A stretch of 63,909 nucleotides of DNA, the filler included, from Vicugna vicugna (lineage: Eukaryota): the NCBI GenBank assembly GCA_013265495.1. It is 77 parts of 76 records of this genome, joined end to end, with 100 filler letters (N's around TTAATTAATTAA, not from the genome) between each part and the next. Parts side by side here need not be neighbours in the genome. Positions count along the whole stretch, not along the records: positions 60,564 to 61,193 come from PNXW01011538.1; positions 61,294 to 62,047 come from MU059871.1; positions 62,148 to 62,629 come from PNXW01011541.1; positions 62,730 to 63,574 come from MU059872.1; positions 63,675 to 63,909 come from MU059904.1; 72 more parts are not named here. One strand, given 5' to 3'. Below are positions 60,710 to 63,909 of this stretch, one piece after another. The notes beneath the pieces were generated by a model. That model was not told the origin of the DNA. It was given only the letters and a program-made list of their open reading frames with translations, and made no database searches. Numbering within the stretch: position 1 is the first letter of the stretch; each line of letters starts with the position of its first letter. The position numbers and the translations under genes were made by a program.

Positions 60710-61090
60710 ATCAGACTATGTTATGCCAGAGTAACCAAACAAACAGCAGCAATGACTTAGAACAAGGAGAACTTTCTTCTCATCAGACAGGCATGATGAT
60801 AAGCTTAGCTGACAGTCCACGGCAACCATGAAGCCAAGGAGAGTTCAGCCTCATGTTTCCACATCCACCAAGACTGTTGTCACTTTGAAACAGAGCTCTG
60901 GAGCTTTCTTCCAGCAAAGCAATTAATTGCTTTCACCCTTAAGTTACATATGTCCCATCTGCACACATTTCTTGGCTAAAACCAATCACAAGCCACATCT
61001 AACTTCAAGGAGGTAAAGAGGTTCACTGATGAGCCTCATGTGCTCAGGAGAACCACAACTATTGATAAATCGCACTATTATCTTCAACAG
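60710..61090. mobile_element. Ancient ERVL/MaLR LTR (LTR33/MLT1K-like)
   Basis: TATGTTATGCCAGAGTAACCAAAC and CACATTTCTTGGCTAAAACCAATCACAAGCCACATCTAACTTCAAGG. Confidence 0.6.
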
Positions 61091-61445
61091 TTTTGAAGTC
61101 AGAGACACATAAGTTTCAAGGCCAGCTCTGCCTAAGCTTCTATATTCCCAAAGCGAGAAGATTGATCTTCTGAGATTTGAGGATATGATGCCANNNNNNN
61201 NNNNNNNNNNNNNNNNNNNNNNNNNNNNNNNNNNNNNTTAATTAATTAANNNNNNNNNNNNNNNNNNNNNNNNNNNNNNNNNNNNNNNNNNNNTTTTTAA
61301 AGTTCAGGTTGGAAGAGCAAACCCCAATACCAAGCAACTATGGGTCACATTAATGATCAAATGATTCGTCCACAACCTCTACCTCACACCCTCACACCTC
61401 TGTGTGAGCACTAAATATGGATTTAACCAGAGGGTGAAAGAAAAA

Positions 61446-62047
61446 TTTTATTTATTTATTTTTAATTGAAGTATAGTCAGTTTACACTGTTGTGTCAGTT
61501 TCTGGTGTACAGCATAATGTTTCAGTCATCCGTATACATACATATATTTGTTTTCATATTCTTTTTCATCATAGGTAACTACAAGATATTGAATATAGTT
61601 ACCTGTGCTATACAGAAGAAACTTGTTGTATATCTATTTTATAAAAAGTGGTTAGTATCTGCAAATCTCAAGCTCTCAATTTATCCCTTCCCACACCCTT
61701 TCCCTCCAGGTAACCATTAAGTTTGTTTTCTGTCTGTGAGTCTATTTCTGTTTTGTAAATAAGTTCATTTATGTCTTTTTTTTTTTTTTTGATTCCACAT
61801 TTGAATTCAATAATATGGTTTTTTTTTTTTNNNNNNNNNNNNNNNNNNNNNNNNNNNNNNNNNNNNNNNNNNNNNNNNNNNNNNNNNNTTGCTGCAAATG
61901 GCATTTTATTCATTTTTATGGCTGAGTAGTATTCCATTGTATAAATATACCACAACTTCTTTATCCAGTCATCTGTGGATGGACATTTAGGTTGTTTCTA
62001 CATCTTGGCTGTTGTAAATAGTTCTGCTATGAACATTGGGGTGCATG
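61446..62047 (-). mobile_element. Relatively young LINE-1 3' end (ORF2 C-terminus, 3' UTR, tail)
   Basis: The minus ORF gives WYIYTMEYYSAIK..MPFAA, the ORF2p C-terminus. The terminus reads (TTTA)n-TTTAATTGAAGTATAGTCAGTTTACA. Confidence 0.93.
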
Positions 62048-62147
62048 NNNNNNNNNNNNNNNNNNNNNNNNNNNNNNNNNNNNNNNNNNNNTTAATTAAT
62101 TAANNNNNNNNNNNNNNNNNNNNNNNNNNNNNNNNNNNNNNNNNNNN

Positions 62148-62629
62148 CCTAGTGCCGGTTTGAAGTGCCTGCCTTTTTCACTGTAAAACCTACTTGGAGA
62201 TTGTTTCTCCCCATATACATTTAGAGATTAGATTTTGCAACTGGAAAGAAACTTTGTGTTCCCTTCAAGCTAGGTGAAGGACGGCTTTCACAAACAAATC
62301 TCTCTCAGAACTGAGCATGTGGAGAGACGTTCGTTCATCCATCACAAAGGGAAAGCGTTGCAGGAGAAACACTTATTCTGGTTTCTCTCTCTTTTTCCTA
62401 GTGCCGTTTTGAAGTACCTGCCGTTTTCACTGTAAAACGGAGTTGAAGCTTGTACCTCCCCTTATATATGTATGGAGTGGAGTTTGCCACTGAAAAGAAA
62501 CTTTGTGTTCCCTTCAAGCTAGGTGAAAGCTAGGTGAAAGACGGCTTTCACACACACTTATCTCTCAGAAATGAGCACGTGGATAGACGATCGTTCATCC
62601 AGCACAAAGGGAACGGTTTGCAGTAGAAA
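62148..62629 (+). repeat. Satellite family E
   Basis: CCTAGTGCCG occurs at 62148 and 62397 (period 249). Confidence 0.93.
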
Positions 62630-62729
62630 NNNNNNNNNNNNNNNNNNNNNNNNNNNNNNNNNNNNNNNNNNNNTTAATTAATTAANNNNNNNNNNNNNNN
62701 NNNNNNNNNNNNNNNNNNNNNNNNNNNNN

Positions 62730-63574
62730 ATACAATGAAGAACACAGAATAGAGAATAGAGAATACGGGGTGCAAAATATAGAACACAGAAAATAGCATT
62801 TAGAACACAGAATATAGAATACTGATTAGAGAATATAGAAACCAAAATTTACAACATAGAATGTAGAACCCAGAATTTAGAATATAGAATACAGAATACT
62901 GAATATAGAATTTAGAATATAGAATGTAGAACACAGAATATAGAATACGGCATGCAGAAAATTCAATACAGATTATCGAANNNNNNNNNNNNNNNNNNNN
63001 NNNNNNNNNNNNNNNNNNNNNNNNNNNNNNNNNNNNNNNNNNNNNNNNNNNNNNNNNNNNNNNNNNNNNNNNNNNNNNNNNNNNNNNNNNNNNNNNNNNN
63101 NNNNNNNNNNNNNNNNNNNNNNNNNNNNNNNNNNNNNNNNNNNNNNNACAGAATTTAGAACATGGAATGCATAACACAGAATTTAGAATATAGAATACAG
63201 AATTCTGAATATCGAACTAAGAATATAGAATGTAGAACACAGAATATAGAATATAGGATACGGAATATAGAATATAGAATACAGAAAATAGAATGTAGAA
63301 CACAAAATATAGAATAAGGAAAACAGAATACAGAATCCAGAATTTAGAATATGGAATGCAGAACACAGAATTTAGAGTATATAATACGGAATACTGAATA
63401 TAAAATTTAGAATATTGAATGTAGAACACAGAATATGGAATGTAGTATACGGAAGGCAGAATATTGAATACAGAATATTGAATTTAGAACAAAGAATTTA
63501 GAACATGGAAAACAGGACATAGAATCCAAAATTTAGAAAATGGAATGCAGAACACAAAATTTAGAATATAGAAT
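62730..63574. repeat. Satellite family C (TATAGAA)n
   Basis: Tandem heptamer variants; AGAATTTAGAACATGGAATGC block recurs. Confidence 0.95.
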
Positions 63575-63909
63575 NNNNNNNNNNNNNNNNNNNNNNNNNN
63601 NNNNNNNNNNNNNNNNNNTTAATTAATTAANNNNNNNNNNNNNNNNNNNNNNNNNNNNNNNNNNNNNNNNNNNNTCGGCAGCAAAAGTCAATTTTCTCCC
63701 CTGCACGTGGAGGTCAACACACAGAAGAGACTGATGATCCCCGCTGCGAGTGTAGCTAAGTGTGTCTAAGCAAACTGGCTCCATCAGCCTCCTGATGAGC
63801 AGGGAAGTGTGTGAGCCGCGGGGCTCTGCAGACTAATGGCCAGGCAAGGAGGGCTCTTCCTTACTTTGGGGAGAAAATGCGGGAGCAGCACTCGCTGGAA
63901 ATAAATTCT

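Noticed and set aside
21030..63429. FYILYS-rich hydrophobic ORFs resembling membrane proteins
   Set aside because: They are translations of the (TTCTATA)n satellite, whose pyrimidine strand rarely forms stops.
1161..63630. Regularly recurring palindromic TTAATTAATTAA as a CRISPR-like repeat, recombination site or piggyBac TTAA target
   Set aside because: It is always embedded in 44+44 N with an invariant 100-bp length and six-frame stops, so it is an assembly linker.

Overview
This window is not a contiguous locus. It is a concatenation of about 77 short (0.2-1.5 kb), gap-riddled scaffolds from a mammalian genome, joined by an identical synthetic 100-bp linker (N44-TTAATTAATTAA-N44, which has stops in all six frames; I count 76). 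A Vic-1-type tRNA-derived SINE suggests a camelid. Roughly 40-45% of the fragments are satellite DNA, in five families I label A-E. A is a CpG-rich 267-bp monomer. D is a diverged, higher-order ~267-bp relative of A. B is an AT-rich ~741-bp trimer of ~247-bp subunits. E is a ~249-bp monomer homologous to the B subunit. C is a (TATAGAA)n heptamer satellite. The rest is L1, L2, MIR, MER33, MER58, MLT1 and LTR debris, a frameshifted ERV env fragment (PABL-B/ERV-Rb-like), one convincing orphan coding exon, a few weaker exon candidates, and two pairs of paralogous non-satellite fragments. No prokaryotic-type system, CRISPR array or complete gene is present. Almost all long ORFs in the track are N-gap or satellite artefacts. 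The most interesting biology is the satellite architecture and the env relic.
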